This document shows positions 49,241-63,690 of a stretch of 64,000 nt of DNA, piece by piece; within the stretch, counting starts at the first letter, position 1; each line of letters starts with the position of its first letter. Position numbers and translations under genes: made by a program. Under the pieces are notes generated by a model. The model made no database searches and was not told where the DNA came from. It saw only the letters and a list, made by a program, of their open reading frames with translations. This DNA comes from Octopus sinensis (lineage: Eukaryota). Where the stretch lies: the NCBI RefSeq assembly GCF_006345805.1, contig NC_043003.1:56916001-56980000 (forward strand), in the 5' to 3' direction.

Positions 49241-50981
49241 GGTTTAGGCAAATAAAGACAGTACTTTAAATATAAAATGATTTATGTTTGTCGTTATATG
49301 TTTTTAAAGCACGATAACGCTAGGAAGAAAGTGAATTGTCGTCTCTGTTTAATGTAGAATCGGATACTACATCCTGAGTAATCTTTGCATAAATTAGAAA
49401 ATTTCTTGCGTAGTATTCATAAAGTAGACCAGCTGTAGAAATATTTCCGATGTAAAGATTCATACTCGACAATTCCATCTCTGTTTCCTGTTTACCTATT
49501 TGTTTTCTGTTTAGCCATTTCTTCTATGTCGCGTTGCAGGTAGTTTTTCATTATACTACAGTCACTTATAAAGGAAAAGCTAATTTAAAACGGGTTCCAA
49601 GAATAGGAGATGTTCTTCGTAGTGACGCATTCCGCTACCTTTTCTCATTCAAGCATTCTGTCAATTTGTCTTTCTTTTGCTTTTTGTTTCCTTCTTTCTT
49701 TCATTCATTCTTTCTACCATTCCTTCGTTCTTTCGTTCTTGCATATATATTCAAATATCTGAGCTTGAATGATTCGTGAATTGTCGCAGATACATTTAGT
49801 TAATATGATTGAATTGTACTGTTATTTCTATTTACTTTTTTTTTTCATTTTTATATATAAGCACAGCAATATTCTTATTTTCTATTTCTTTATACATAAT
49901 AAAATATCTTATTTATCTGAATTTGTCTATAAAAGTATGTCCATTCGAATGATTTCTTTATTACTCATTGCTTTCAGAATATTCTTTTTTAAATGTATTA
50001 TTTCTCTTTCATTGTTCAGACTGGGTTTAGCAATGGGAAATGTAAATCTCGGCTTTACGATATGTAAAATTACATTTCGAGAGATATATGTTTTAATACA
50101 CAATTTTTATCAGGAACTATTGCCTCTTTACATCTATTATTTCACCGAAGTCTTTGCATTGTACTTTTTAGACACGTACACACGTTCTTGTAAATCAATA
50201 TGACGAGCTAAATGTTATCACGATAAACAATTATTTTATTAAAATTATCTTCAAAGTGAAAGAAGAAAAACGGAAAATAAAACTAGCGGAAACGGTTAGA
50301 ATCATTGAAGCGTATAGGGAGATAATTTCAAAAGTTAAATAAAATTACATTTTCATTAATATTTCAGGAAATAACGACGATTTTAACTTTGTATCTACGG
50401 AGAGACATCTAAATGTCTTTCAACATTGATTTGAACTCATTAAACACAGTAGTTATTTCTTTACTCTCCAACGATAAATTCTAAACAATTTCGCCTTCAA
50501 AAATATTTAGCAAATCCGTGACTTAGTGCAACTTGCAAACTTGAGATTTAAAAAGAAAAAAAAAACATAGTGGAAAGAATTCAAAAAGGTCAGTGGTATT
50601 TGTTTCTGTTAAAAAAATGAATGTGGTGTGAAGAGAAATCCCAAATAACAGATAAATTCTTTCTTTATTTCAATTGTATGTAAGCAAAAATAATTTCACA
50701 AAAATATCAATAGCGTATAATATTTATGCAAATTTAACTATGTATAGCTACCTGTGTACTTGCCTCTTCCTATGTATTTTTGTTTTTTATGAGGTTGAAA
50801 CACCAGAAACTAGTACATACATAAATATATACATGCACATATATATATATACATGCATACATATATATGTATATGTATACATACATATACATATACGCAT
50901 ATATATATACATACATATATATATATATATATACATACGTATATATACATACATATATATGCATATATCTATATATATATA

Positions 50982-51025
<44 letters not shown>

Positions 51026-51455
51026 GTACGGATGTGTATATATGTATGTATGTATATATAGACGTTCTATAGTCATACTTACTCACAGTTTTTTCTTCTG
51101 GAAGCCCTTGCCCGAAACTATTCCCAAATGTATATCAATGTGTTTGAATCTGAGATTTTCTTTGACTGCTATTTGCTGTGATAATTCCCATAAGATTCTG
51201 TTTTTAATTTATAGTAAAAGTTTGTTTCCCTAGAAACTAAAGTTTTGTTTTATACCTATTAGGATCAAATATTTGATATATAGTTGAGAAAGATTATTAT
51301 CATTTATCCTAATGAATATATATTGCTGGAAATAATAGATAGGTGATATGGGATTCGGAGGTTAGTGGGGAGTCTAAATTTCGATCTAACAAAATGACAA
51401 ACGTACTTTAATTACGACTAATGATTCAGTACAAATACATGCATTTATATGTATG

Positions 51456-51505
<50 letters not shown>

Positions 51506-51754
51506 TGTATGTATGTATGTATGTATGTATGTATACATCCAAATGAAGGGATATCAAATATATGACAGGTTTCATTGAAAGTAACTCAATCACGCTCTAG
51601 AGAAGTAGAATAAAGATAGATTTAATAAATAATCTGTTATATGGTATTTTATATACCTGTACGTAGGTCCCAGAGTTATATCTCATAACTCTTATTTGTT
51701 TAAATCATAGTGTGTGTGTGTACGTGTACGTGTGTTTATATGTTTATGCCTTTA

Positions 51755-51818
<64 letters not shown>

Positions 51819-52109
51819 CCAGCTGAATACCTGGCAATAAATGGTCGGAAATTGTTTTTATTGAAGATATTTTAGTTTAAAACATCTCTTGCTTTATTTT
51901 TGAAAAGAATTCCTTTGGTGCAAGAAGTTAAAAATTTCTCTCATAGATATGTTGCACTTCTTGACTAATTAATGTTGTGCTATATATATCAGTTCACAAT
52001 ATCCTTCACTATTAATTTATAGATTATATATCTAATTTAAGCATATAAATGAGAGCACATGATGCTGTAAGTGCTTTTATGTATATATATATATACATAT
52101 ATTTCATTA

Positions 52110-52196
52110 TTCTTTTACTTGTTTCAGTGATTTGAATGCAGCCATGCTGGGGCATTGCCTTTAGACGAACAAATCAACCCCAGGACTTATTCTTAT
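52110..52196 (-). mobile_element. 3' tail fragment of a family-B SINE
   Basis: TTCTTTTACTTGTTTCAGTGATTTGAATGCAGCCATGCTGG..CCCCAGGACTTATTCTT. Confidence 0.8.
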
Positions 52197-52860
52197 ACGT
52201 CTAAGAAGATTGAGGCAATACATATGATAACCAGTGCAATGTTCGTCAAGGAATCTTTCTTTACTTAAGATTGAGTGCTCAACACTCTCGACTCATTGAC
52301 GCAGTGGATTCTGGGACACCGGTGTTTCAACGTGTTGTGCTTCATCAACCAAAAATACCCCGAACCGTTTAGCCTCGCAAAGTTGCTGGGCTGCATTCAT
52401 ACTATCAGCGAACAAAATGTTTGCTGATCGCTACTTATCGGCATAAAATATTTGTTTGCACCGTATATAAGGAGACACAATCATGTCGAGACATCCGTGT
52501 TCCAGAATCTTCTATCCTAATGTGTCGAGTTATCGTCGATCCTACAATCGTTATAAAAAGTAAAGACATGTATCACTTGTCTTCTACAAAGAGCACATGC
52601 CATTTTGATTCATTTTTCTGATGTTTTTTTTTTTTAGCCAATCTAGCTATAATCGGTCCGAATAACACTTAGTGAATGTATATTCGATTTAAACAGACAC
52701 TCGGATTGTCTTAAATTTATTTTCAACGTAACAAGTGAAATTATTTTCTATAACATTGAGGAACGCCTACAATGTAATGCACTGTGTTATAGCAATGTTC
52801 TCATATATTGATATATGTACACATTTTTTATATATACAGGCCTATTACTCATTTTTTTAG

Positions 52861-52931
52861 GAGTGGATAGCGACAGCAATACACACCAGGCATTCCATAC
52901 CTCGCGTGGCGTAAGAGGCGACTAAAAGGGG
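52861..52931 (+). mobile_element. Probable RTE-clade LINE 5' UTR fragment
   Basis: CCTCGCGTGGCGTAAGAGGCGACTAAAAGGGG motif, recalled from RTE 5' ends; not verified by search. Confidence 0.4.
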
Positions 52932-53170
52932 TGGCAATAGGTGGAGTGAGAATCCTCTCCTTCTAGTAAATCCATATTCCTAAAAAGACAGGAAAAATGA
53001 ATATGTACACATATTTTTTTTTAATTCCATCGTGGAAATGATTTATATATTTTTCATGTACATTGAAGAAGCAGACACGATCAAGTAAATATGGAATAGG
53101 TTCTATTTCATTTGAAACAATTGCTCAACATTAAATAATATCTTTTATTCTTAATATTATTTCGTTCTTT

Positions 53171-53387
53171 AAGGCGACGAGATGAGATGGCAGAATCTTT
53201 AGCACGCCGGGAATAATGCTTAGCGGCATTTCGTCCGTCTTTACGTAGTTAGTTCAAATTCCGCATAGTCAATATTGCATTTCACCCCTTAGGCTCGATA
53301 AAAGTGGTACCAGTTTATACTGGAGTCGGTTTAATCGACGTATCAACTCTTCCCAAATTCCTGGCATTGTAACAAAAATTGAAACCT
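53171..53387 (+). mobile_element. Family-A SINE
   Basis: AAGGCGACGAG..TGGCAGAATCTTTAGCACGCCGGG..GTTCAAATTCCGC..CTCGATAAAAGTGGTACCAG. Confidence 0.8.
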
Positions 53388-56300
53388 ATAGTATTTTTTA
53401 CTTGAAATAACATGAGAATTGAAAAGAAAAGTGAGCGTCGGAAGGTAAATAACCCAGTGAAAAATTGTCTTATGATTTGTGGAAACAGGAATGTCTGCAA
53501 TATATTCAGAGATAAAAACATTAAGAAATGCAAAGAACCCGAACATTCCCTTGCCTGCAACTCACCATACATTCTTGTTTAGCTGCAAGCTACCCTTCCG
53601 TCTACAAAATATCGGAATAACAGAGGCCTCCTACTTTGGGGCACCGTACAAAAAATTATGTCAAAAGGAAAGTATGATTTCTTCAAATGCAGTCCAACAA
53701 TTGTCATTATTTGCCCCTGAAATATATTGACTTGTATGACAATGAAAACTGAAATCTCTTAAAGTGATTGAGCAGTTTTATTGGGATAAGTGGACCCCCG
53801 AATATTATTGCGTAAACTTCTTATCAATTACTTCTGAAGTATTTTCTACCAGCATACTTTACTGACATAAAGTTACCTTTATTTTTATCTATGGTAACTA
53901 TGTCGGTTACTATGTCAGTAAACCTCAGATTCCAAGCAAGCTTAACATATGACAATATAATGAACTGTTTCTTTCAGAAACATTACAACGTCTCTTATCA
54001 TGCACGTATGTCTTTTTCATAGAAACGCCTAGTTAGTGTCGTAGACCATACCGATCTTCACTGTCAATAATGTATTATTTATCGATATTGCAAATAGAAG
54101 AACAGCGTCGATATCAATTTGTTTCTTAGCGGTTTTAATGTAGCAATCGGAAGTAGTTCCTCTGTGCCATTTCCGTTAGTTCTCTCCGAATGTTCTCTCT
54201 CCAATTTCTAACAATTTTTTGGTACGGCCTAATTTAAGTCAACTGACAACAATACTGTCACAGCTCTTGTATTTGAGGTCTGCAATGTCATGCTCAGAGC
54301 TTTCAGAGTACATTTGTGTATCATTTGTGCATTCGGCTGAACAATCAGTGGGTGTATCTTATGATCTGGTTCGTTTCCTAGATCCTTAGCAACATTGCTA
54401 ATACGGGAATAAATTATACCAACATCCAATGAGATAAAAACTAGAATGCATTATACAATCCCTAGTGAAAGGTTTCTTTGACAATAACTGGAGAAAAATC
54501 GTAGTAGTTAGGCTTTTAAGTTGAAAAGTTGTGACAATGAGCCAATATCTTAGAGAAACCGGGAAGATGTTGGTTCATTGAGTAACGACGAAGCAAATTT
54601 CAGCCTTTTTTTTTTTTGGCAAACTTTATCAAAAATTAATTTTTCCTGTGACTAGCAGCATATTTTGGTTTGTTTTCATTGATATATGCAGTTAATGCAT
54701 TGGTATAATATGATGACTCTCTCAAATTCAGTAGCTCGATTGTCGGCTAAATGTATTAAGAGGATAAAATTCTGATAGAATATTTTATACCTTAGTTAAA
54801 TTCAAATACCTTAAATAAATGAATATGAAAATAGTATTATTTCATTCGAAACTATAGATTGAACATTACATTACTAGATATTTTCGTTAGCTGATATTAT
54901 TTATGTTCGGCACATTTGGACACACAATGTTTTTTAGTATAAATATACATTATTATAGAGACTTCCAACACCTGATCGTGAAGCATAAACACTAAACTGC
55001 GTTTTCGTGATGCTATTCTACAACTGCCATTGCTTCCATCAGTGTATATTCATTGACACGGCAAAACTTTGGGGTACTGAAAGCCCGAAGACTTCCAAAT
55101 CGAAAGTGTACGTCTGATAGTTTAGCTGCAATCTTGAATATAATATAACCTTCTCTTCTCTTTTCTTATCCAAATAAATGTATCTGCCTCACCACAAAGT
55201 ATTTACTGTACAAATGTGTGATTATATCATCAGAAGAGAGCGTTCAAGTTCAAATAGGTTTCTCTTGATATTTATTTGTTAATATCACATGAATTCTTAT
55301 TCAAATTACTATGATGCATATTTTCTGAGAAAATATTGATAATAATATAGATACGTACTAATTTATTTTATAAGGTATTTTATGTTATCTGCATATTACA
55401 GTATTTGAACACATCATGTACATAACTCCCAGTATTTTGCAAAGCACTCTACTCATTCTGGAAATCCCCCGTCTCTCATATTAGGCAGGGAAGTGAACTG
55501 GCAGAATCTTTACGACTTTACGTTCTGTGTTCGAATGCCAGCGAAATTGATTTTGACTCTCGTTCTTAAGTACTGGGGTAGATGTAACCGACTTATCACC
55601 TACACCGAAACTGCTGATCTCGTGCCAACATTTGAAGCAATATTGTAAGCGTGCAACTCATTTAAATAATCTATAATGCTAGTTAGTAATATATATTTTT
55701 TTTAAAGTTGGGAATAATAAAAAGCCAATGACTTAATCTTAGTACCTGACTGCTTTGTTAGTTTATTGTCTCATGAGAGATGGAGGGTAAAATCATCTTC
55801 AGGGTGATTTGATACTGATTTCTGACATAGACTCAAAGTTTCCGAATTTTGGAGAGCGGTAAAATTGGTTATATCAACCCGATTATTTAATTGCTACTTT
55901 ATAATATTTACAAAGAATTGGAGAAAGACAAAGCTTAAGCCAGTGGAACCTTAACTGAAAACGTGAAGAGTCATATCAATAAACCTCAACGAATTTTGTA
56001 CGATTCTCCATCGATTGAGCCAATCAGATGTTAAATTAACACTGAATTCGATGGCTTCTTTGGTTAACGTATGATCAATGATTTTCCATCTCTGCCACTG
56101 TTGTAAAAGGGAAACTATTGAATAATCTTACATTGTGAGTAAAGTAACTTGCTCCAACCAAGATTAGAACATGGATCAATGATTGAATATACTGGTATCT
56201 TATCTACGGCCCTGCAGAATTTACAGCTTTGGCTTTTATTAATGTTTTATATAGTTTTAATATATTACCGTTAGGACACATATTTACAAGAATAGCCAAC

Positions 56301-56722
56301 GTGGCGATATGTGTTATCGATGAGCCCATCCATATATTTTCCAATAAATGTTTAATGCGTATGACACAAAACACAATATCGATTTCTTTCTAACAAAAAC
56401 CCAATACGAACTTTGGTAGAAAATACATGTAGTCAACTAAATCAATTCCAATATATTACTGATAATTATTTTAGCGATAACAAATCAATAAACAATCATA
56501 TAGACATGGCTTTTGTATTGAACTCATGATGGTGGAGGACCAAGGTTAATAAAATATAAGCGCCGAAAATCTAATATTAATCTAATATTTCATAACAAAT
56601 AGAAAATGGACGTGTTTATAGTTTTACTACTAAGAAATATGAGACCAAACATGGTGTGATGACATGATTCTTTATGCGCGTATATATATATATATATATA
56701 TATAATATGTGTGTGTGTGTGT

Positions 56723-56756
<34 letters not shown>

Positions 56757-57164
56757 CCTTTGTATGTGTCTTTGCATGTATGCCTGTGTCTATATAAGCG
56801 TGCGTACATAGGTATGCGCATAAGTTTGTTTGTGTTTGAGTATATGTATAAATTATATATAAACGCATATTTATATACACGCATACATACGCATGCATCT
56901 ATGCGCAAAATTTATCCGACAGTACATGAAATTCGATACAGTCGACTAATCTAAAAATATAACCATACAGTCTTCCCGTGGGAAGAACATTATAATCACT
57001 CGTAAGCGGTTTCGATTTTCTTTGATGCACTCCATCGGATTTCGGCATCCCAATGTTATCTTTCTTCTGCATAGTATATTCTTCCGACATTTAGGGATTT
57101 AAATAAGTTGAAAAATCTGATTTGCATATATGGCGAATTAATCCTTGTATTCAGGTGCACACGC

Positions 57165-57672
57165 AGTATCCTTTTGTACTCGAGGCACATGGCTCGAAAC
57201 GTTTGGGGAGAGGGCCAGTCGATTAAATTGACCCCAGTACACGACTGGTATTTAATTTATCGACTCCGAAATGATGAAAGGAAAAGTCGACCTCGGCGGA
57301 ATTTGAACGCAGAATGTAAAGACAAACGAAATACCGGTAAGTATTTCACCGGGCGTGCTAACGTTTCTGCCAGCTCGCCGCCTTGTAACGCACGCAATGT
57401 CAGCGAAGGACAACACCGCTCCAAAAGATGTAGACAATATATTTCTTTATTGCTCACAAAGGGCTAAACATAGAGGGGACAAACAAAGACAGAAAAAGGG
57501 ATTAAGTCGATTACGTCGACCTCCAGTGCGTAACTGGTACTTAATTTATCGAGCCCGAAAGGATGGAAGGCAAAGTCGACCTCGGCAAAATTTGAACTCA
57601 GAATGTAACGGCAGGCGAAATACGGCTACGCATTTCACCCGGCGTGCTAAAGTTTCTGCCAGCTCGCCGCCT
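57165..57672 (-). mobile_element. Two well-preserved family-A SINEs in tandem (57165-57383, 57440-57672) with different 3' tails
   Basis: Both end ..GTTTCTGCCAGCTCGCCGCCTT on the + strand; tails differ (CACATGGCTCGAAACGTTTGGGG vs TATTTCTTTATTGCTCACAAAGGG). Confidence 0.9.
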
Positions 57673-60600
57673 TGGTACGCACGTAGCGTCAGTGAAACAC
57701 TACACCGCTCCAATAGATATACACTATAGTAAGACTATAGTCTCAGATTTATGCCCCCTGGCAATTATAAATACACAGCGAACAACGTCTCCACATGTTG
57801 AAATCTAGTGCCAAAAGAAATACTCTACTATCAATAAAATCTATTCTTTAAGAAAAATGATAAAAAAAAGTTTTAAAATAAACCATATAATATAGATAGA
57901 GAAAAGACATACTAAGAGAGACATGGATATATAATTTTAAAATGCATCATTGCACTGTAACCGTATGTTGAAATCTCAAGTAAAAATTAGATTCGTCCAC
58001 ACAAATAATCAACTAAGACATAATAGAATTATTTTACGTATTAAACTGATATGTTTCAAATTGAATCTTACAACAAAAGGAATCAATGAACTAAAAAAAT
58101 AATAAAGAGCAAAATTGAAGAGAGCAGAAAAATGATTTACCATACATGAAAGAATATACGTGTTTGCTTATATGTGGTTGTATGATTACCTATCCACTTA
58201 ACAGGTTTGTTGCTTATCACGCGACTCAACAATAGTGTCATTGATCGACGATTTCCAAAGAAGAAATTTGTAATTTTTCTCTATATAAAGTAGTAATTTG
58301 TGATTTCTAAATAGCTTTTTAAGTTTAATGCTAGAATCTCTTGGTCCTTGACTCACTTACATAACATTATTGTCAAATATCGATAATGTACACATACGTA
58401 TATAGTTGTGTGTGTGTGTGTGTGTGTGTGTGTGTCTGTGTGTGTGTGTGTTGTGTGTGTGTGTGTGTGTGTGCATGTATGTGTGTGTTTGTACATGTTT
58501 GTGTGTGTAAGAGAGACAGAGACAGACAGACAAAGATTACGTGTCTGTGTTCTGAAATCATCTTTCATTTCTTGACTCTATAAGGCCTTGCTTTTCACTC
58601 GATTTTCTGTTCTGCTGTTAACTTTAGTCGTAAAACCGTAACAAACTTTATGGATTAAACATAAGATTACCAGACGTTTATACCCGTTAAATTTTCAAAA
58701 GACGCATAAATAATTTTTTTATTGATATGATATAGTGTAGTATACGATGTTCAGATCATATCTTCAGTGATATATTTACAATTGGTATTGCACTTTTGTT
58801 TCATTTCATGTACCAATAACTTTCTATCATTAAAACTTATCTCCGACTCGACAATTTTCACCGGAAATGCACACTATATTGTTTTGATATGCATGGCTAC
58901 GTTATATCATGAATACTGAGTATATAAAAAGAAATTGCTGAAATCTGAAAGCACAGGTCTGGTGGTTCAGAATTGGTCTGCGGTTTACTAATAATAGGAA
59001 AATCAGCTGAAGCATTTAAAGCTTTTGAAGAATATATGTACAGTACCACCAACTGTCAATTTACTCGAAATAACAGCTTAATCGCCAGCAGATCACATGG
59101 AAATATGATGGAGAACGTCGTCCTCTTTAAACAGATTAAGCCAATGTAAAATATTCACTTAACGAAGTTTGAGTCGTTGAAACAACAATAATCACAAAAT
59201 TGCCATTGTATTAATCACTAATATAAGAAAAATGCATCAACTTGACATAAGATGGGGTAAAGATGATTTGTTAAACCCACTACTCGACCGGTAGATGTTT
59301 TATTATTAACGAGAAATGGACTACAAAGACGGTTTCTGTAGGATTTGAATGAAAACGTAGCTAAATTATTCTATTAATGTTACCAATCTATTGTCACTTA
59401 TTGTGTTGTTTACGTTTGAATGTACTGAATGGATTTATGACATCAAAATATATAGTTTAAAGTACTGAAATAAATGCCAAAATTGATATATGCTTTCTCT
59501 CCTCGAAAAGAGACAAACTTTCGAAACGTTAGATTATTTCACATATCATGGTTAAAGAAATCAATGAAATTTTTTTACAAAGATTAACCCGGAGTTTTTT
59601 TGTTTTGTTTTGTTTTTTGTCCACGTAGGCCAGCACCAACAGATTCCTTGAATAACAAATTTTATTGAAATATAGGAAAGTGAAAGTAGAGAGCACGGTG
59701 TGTATTGATTTAATTCATATACATCACAATATTTTATTTAATTTTTAATCTATTGAAATAATTTAAAGCTAAAATTGGAACCATGTAGAAGTAACAAGTG
59801 ACATCAGTCAATGTAAAATAACGTCTGTCGAGTATTGGAACTGTTTCTCGATTGCAGGAGACCGAGATTTTTACTTTGGCTCAATGAGTTATATAAATTT
59901 AATGCAGAAAATGTAGGGATTTTTTCATTTTACTTTTCATAGAATTCCTAGAAGTGATCTGCGACCTACATGCAATAGCCAAGAGCATTCAAAACGTTTA
60001 AAGTTGTAACAAAATAGGAAAAAACTATCAATAGAAAGCTAAAATGTTGTCTTTATGCATATTGACCAGGAATTCACTTCAACTACTGTGTACGGCACAC
60101 ATTAATCACGATATTTTGTATGAATATAATTAAAGAAATATCGAACGAAATCCAGGTTCGTGTACCTAGAGGCGATATTTTATTTGAACGTGAATAAATC
60201 TCCATTACTTGAAGTGTAGGTTAGACGATAAAATTGCATACATATATACTTCACAACATAGCTGTGAAACTCTTATGGCCACACACGCTCACACACTTAG
60301 AAAAAACATTCAGACGCACACACATTCACACATTTATATGTGTATATTTATGTGTGGGTGTTTACATAGCGATAGGGCCTACTGAGTGAACATAGAGTGA
60401 GCACGAGGAACAACCCAATATTCAGACCCCACCAGTAGAGCAAACGGTTGTAAACAACGAGGACATATTGACATTGAAATGCTCGAAGACACAGCTAAAG
60501 ACGGCGATGGTATTCATACTTACTTTAAAAATGCACGGAAACAATACTGGCTGAGAATTACTTTAAATGCATTGACTGCAGTTGTGTAATTCCTACAGTG

Positions 60601-60703
60601 TGAAGCGAAGGTGAAAAGCAGATAGATGTTCACTTAGAAAAATGAAGCAAAATTTTCAGGCATAGAACAGCATCTCCAAGATATATATATATATATATGT
60701 ATA

Positions 60704-60968
60704 TATTTCGTTTTGGGATTTGGTTGACAAGATTCTTTATGTGAGTTCGTGTGTTGAAGCATATTCTCTTGTGTCTGGGGAGAGTCATTGTCTTTTAGTG
60801 TCTTATAATTTAACACACACACTGGTAAAATTTCCACTCAATTCCTTCTTTATTTTTCTAATATTTTCATTGCGTCTTACAACCATTGCAATAGTTTTTA
60901 GTAAAAACTATTGAAGAAGTTGCAATAAGGCACTAAAAGAGAATGACTCACCCCAGACACAACAGTAT
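60704..60968. mobile_element. Second copy of the foldback element, in opposite orientation
   Basis: 60704-60810 is the reverse complement of 18630-18730. Turn at CAATAGTTTTT-AGT-AAAAACTATTG; the short arm (with a deletion) ends ..CCCAGACACAACAGTATA. Confidence 0.8.
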
Positions 60969-60980
60969 AAATGAGGGAAG

Positions 60981-61015
<35 letters not shown>

Positions 61016-61063
61016 GTGTGTGTGTGTGCGTGCGTGTGTGCGTGCGTGTGTGTGTGTGTGTGT

Positions 61064-63010
61064 CGGCGGATGTTAAATGCAAATAGCTGCAGAAATTGCC
61101 AGTCATGTGGTCTTGTGAGTCATGATGTGGTGATTCTCCTCAGAAAGGATCCGAACAATTGGAGGGAGAGAAATTTTGGAAGCTTAATGTCTGAAGTTTT
61201 GTTAAATGCAGAGTTGAACTTTTTGGCCAATGTTTTAGCTATGAGGTTGACGCTTCTTCACGATTATTTTCGTGAATATGACACGTTTCTGTGTCACACA
61301 AAACCAAACAGATCTATGCTCAACGACTTGCAAAACATATCTGATACATAAAAATGGGGCGAGTAAGAGAACTTGATCAATTTAGATGATCCGAACATTT
61401 CGATAGGGTCACGCTTCATTATTTGGCGGCGGCTCTGAAAGCAGCTTGTTTTGGCCTCATTTTCAGTTTGGATCACTGTAGTGTATTACAACATCTCTTC
61501 AGTGATCATAGTATATCGCAATTCATCGAACCATTTAGTATCGTGCGTTCTGATTATCAAGGGTGCCCTCTCTAACCCCTTAAATACGTGCTGACATTAG
61601 AACCACTACTTTAGAAGTTAAAGAATACGAGGACATCTCGCTTGAACTTGGATGCATGCGCCTTCATTAGCAAACGACATCAACGCAATCCTGTCGGACA
61701 CTAAACACAGCTAAGTGATCGGTAGAATACGAAGCGAACTGGATCACCACCTAACCAAGAAAAACTGGTGAGCTTTAACCTTGGCACCAGGTGAGGTAGA
61801 TCGCTCTCCCCTGACACCGTTGTGGACAACTTAGCAGACAGTTTAGACTGTTAAGAGGTTTGTGTGATCCGTCATTTATTACGGCATGACTTTGTTAAGT
61901 TGCCTGATTTATAAATGGTCAATTATGGGCTTACTTTGGTGGTAGCTGATTCCGATGTTTAGACGTTTCATTGATTAGCAGCATCCCAACGTTCCTGTGT
62001 TTCCTTAATGTAAGTAGATGTAGTCGCTATTTATCAAACTCTATCCTACAGTTCATATCTTTGATAAAGCAGCAGTCCTGGATCACACGTAGAAAGTGAC
62101 ATGGTGTTGCCAGACGCATGTGACCCTCTACAATATAGCTAATATGGTCGGTAGAATTTCCATCGTGGAGTTTATAGGGGATTAGTAGTGAGGGTCAATA
62201 CGCCTTCGAGAGTGTTGTGGGCGTCAAAGAAAGTCAACTGGCTTTTCTGTTCCAGAGAACTTCTGTTCTGAGCCTATGGATGTTTTCCAGCAATACCAGC
62301 CTAGTAGTACTACCGAATTGCCTGTTCGGTACAAACTATACAAGCAAGATTGTGACGTTAGTCGGACCTGCTCGAGATGCACGCAAAGAGATGAAACTCT
62401 TTTGCATGTTCTTACACTGGTAGAGCATGCTGACTTCTTGAATTATATGAAACTGCTTCTGTCACCTGTAGGACAATTCTTGCTATCAATCCGCTGCATC
62501 GTGACGACGCCCTGCCAATTTCCTTTAACTAGGAACGACGGCAGTTTTCATCTGTCTAGATACTATGGTGAAATAGGTTCTTTGGTGTGAAACTGAAAGA
62601 AATGAAAACAGAAACTTTCCATTTCACCTAAGCCCTCATCGAATGCTTCAAGTCTCGCTTGAAAAGAAGGGCGAGAGTAGAGAGGGATGTGATTCACATC
62701 TACAAATTTATTGAAATGCAAGTGAATTAGATGAGTAGGGCTCGACTTAGATGGCTCCTTCTAAACTTGCATCTTAGAATGGCTAAAACAGAGGGCACAG
62801 GAGAGACCCATCTCTAGTACCCTTCGCAGCTGAGATGATCTGGAATCGGTAGGATTCCTTGGTTACCCTGGAGCCCGTACTCAACTACTCAGGGATTTTG
62901 AATTTTGTATGTTCTCAACTGTTATATGGGAATATAAATATGTTTGCAAATTATTTTTGTTATATGTTATTCTGTGTTCTGAATGCTTTTATTTTGATAA
63001 ATGTTGCTTA
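61064..63010 (+). mobile_element. 5'-truncated, decayed Tx1/L1-clade retrotransposon (RT, zinc knuckle, 3' UTR)
   Basis: In order: VILLRKDPN, LLNAELNFLANVLAMRL, RSMLNDL, FDRV, LAAALKAA, FSIVRS..QGCPL*P, LTLEPLL, ANDI (ADD-like), LPVRYKLY..CSRCTQRDETLLHVL, FKSRLKRRARVER; many stops and frameshifts. Confidence 0.85.
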
Positions 63011-63359
63011 TGGACGATTCTTTTATGACTTCATTGCCTTCAGGTTCAGCTTAAGATATTTTCGAGCCCGACATCACAAAACGCGTCTGAATAAACATTG
63101 CGGTCAGCAAATAGAGACTTAGACATTGCTTAGAAGATATTTTTCATTTTTAACCTTGTATATAGTACGCACGAGGGATTTTGACCTTTAAATTTTTTGG
63201 GGAAAAAATGCGGATTATACTTGAGGATTTACGGTATGCTTTTCATCCATTCATCCATTATTTTCAAAATAAAGCACCATTCAAGTGCTGGGATCGATTT
63301 AATCTACTTATCCACTTCCCTCAAAAATGCCTTGTAACTAAAATAGAAATAATTCTTTT

Positions 63360-63690
63360 ATTGAGAGTAGTCGTAAAGAACCACCTATAGAAGTATTTTG
63401 ATGAACTGATAAATAATATACACAGGAATTAAGGAGAAAATAAAAAATACTGTTAAAGAGAAGTTATAAATATTTGAAAAAGAAAGGAAAGGAAATTCAA
63501 CACCAGAAAGAAGATAATATAAATACAGCAGCCATTAGCTACAGCTTCAATATAAGAAATTAGAAGTTAAATGAACTGAAGAACCTAGATAGGAAACCGA
63601 GAATTCTACTTAGTGCTTTCCGATCCGACCGTACTAAAGATGATATAGATAGGATATACTTAGTATATGCACCGGGAGGGGTAGCATATA
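63360..63690 (+). pseudogene. R4/Dong-like RT C-terminal relic
   Basis: SYKYL, INTAAISYSF, ELKNLDRKPRILL and DDIDRIYLVYAPGG (cf. LDRKTRK..DVDRLYLPRxEGG). Confidence 0.65.

Noticed and set aside
53315-54429. piggyBac-like peptide hints (YNARNLGRVD; TIFHWVI..FQFLL)
   Set aside because: The best motif overlaps a SINE tail, and no TTAA/TIR was found; probably chance.
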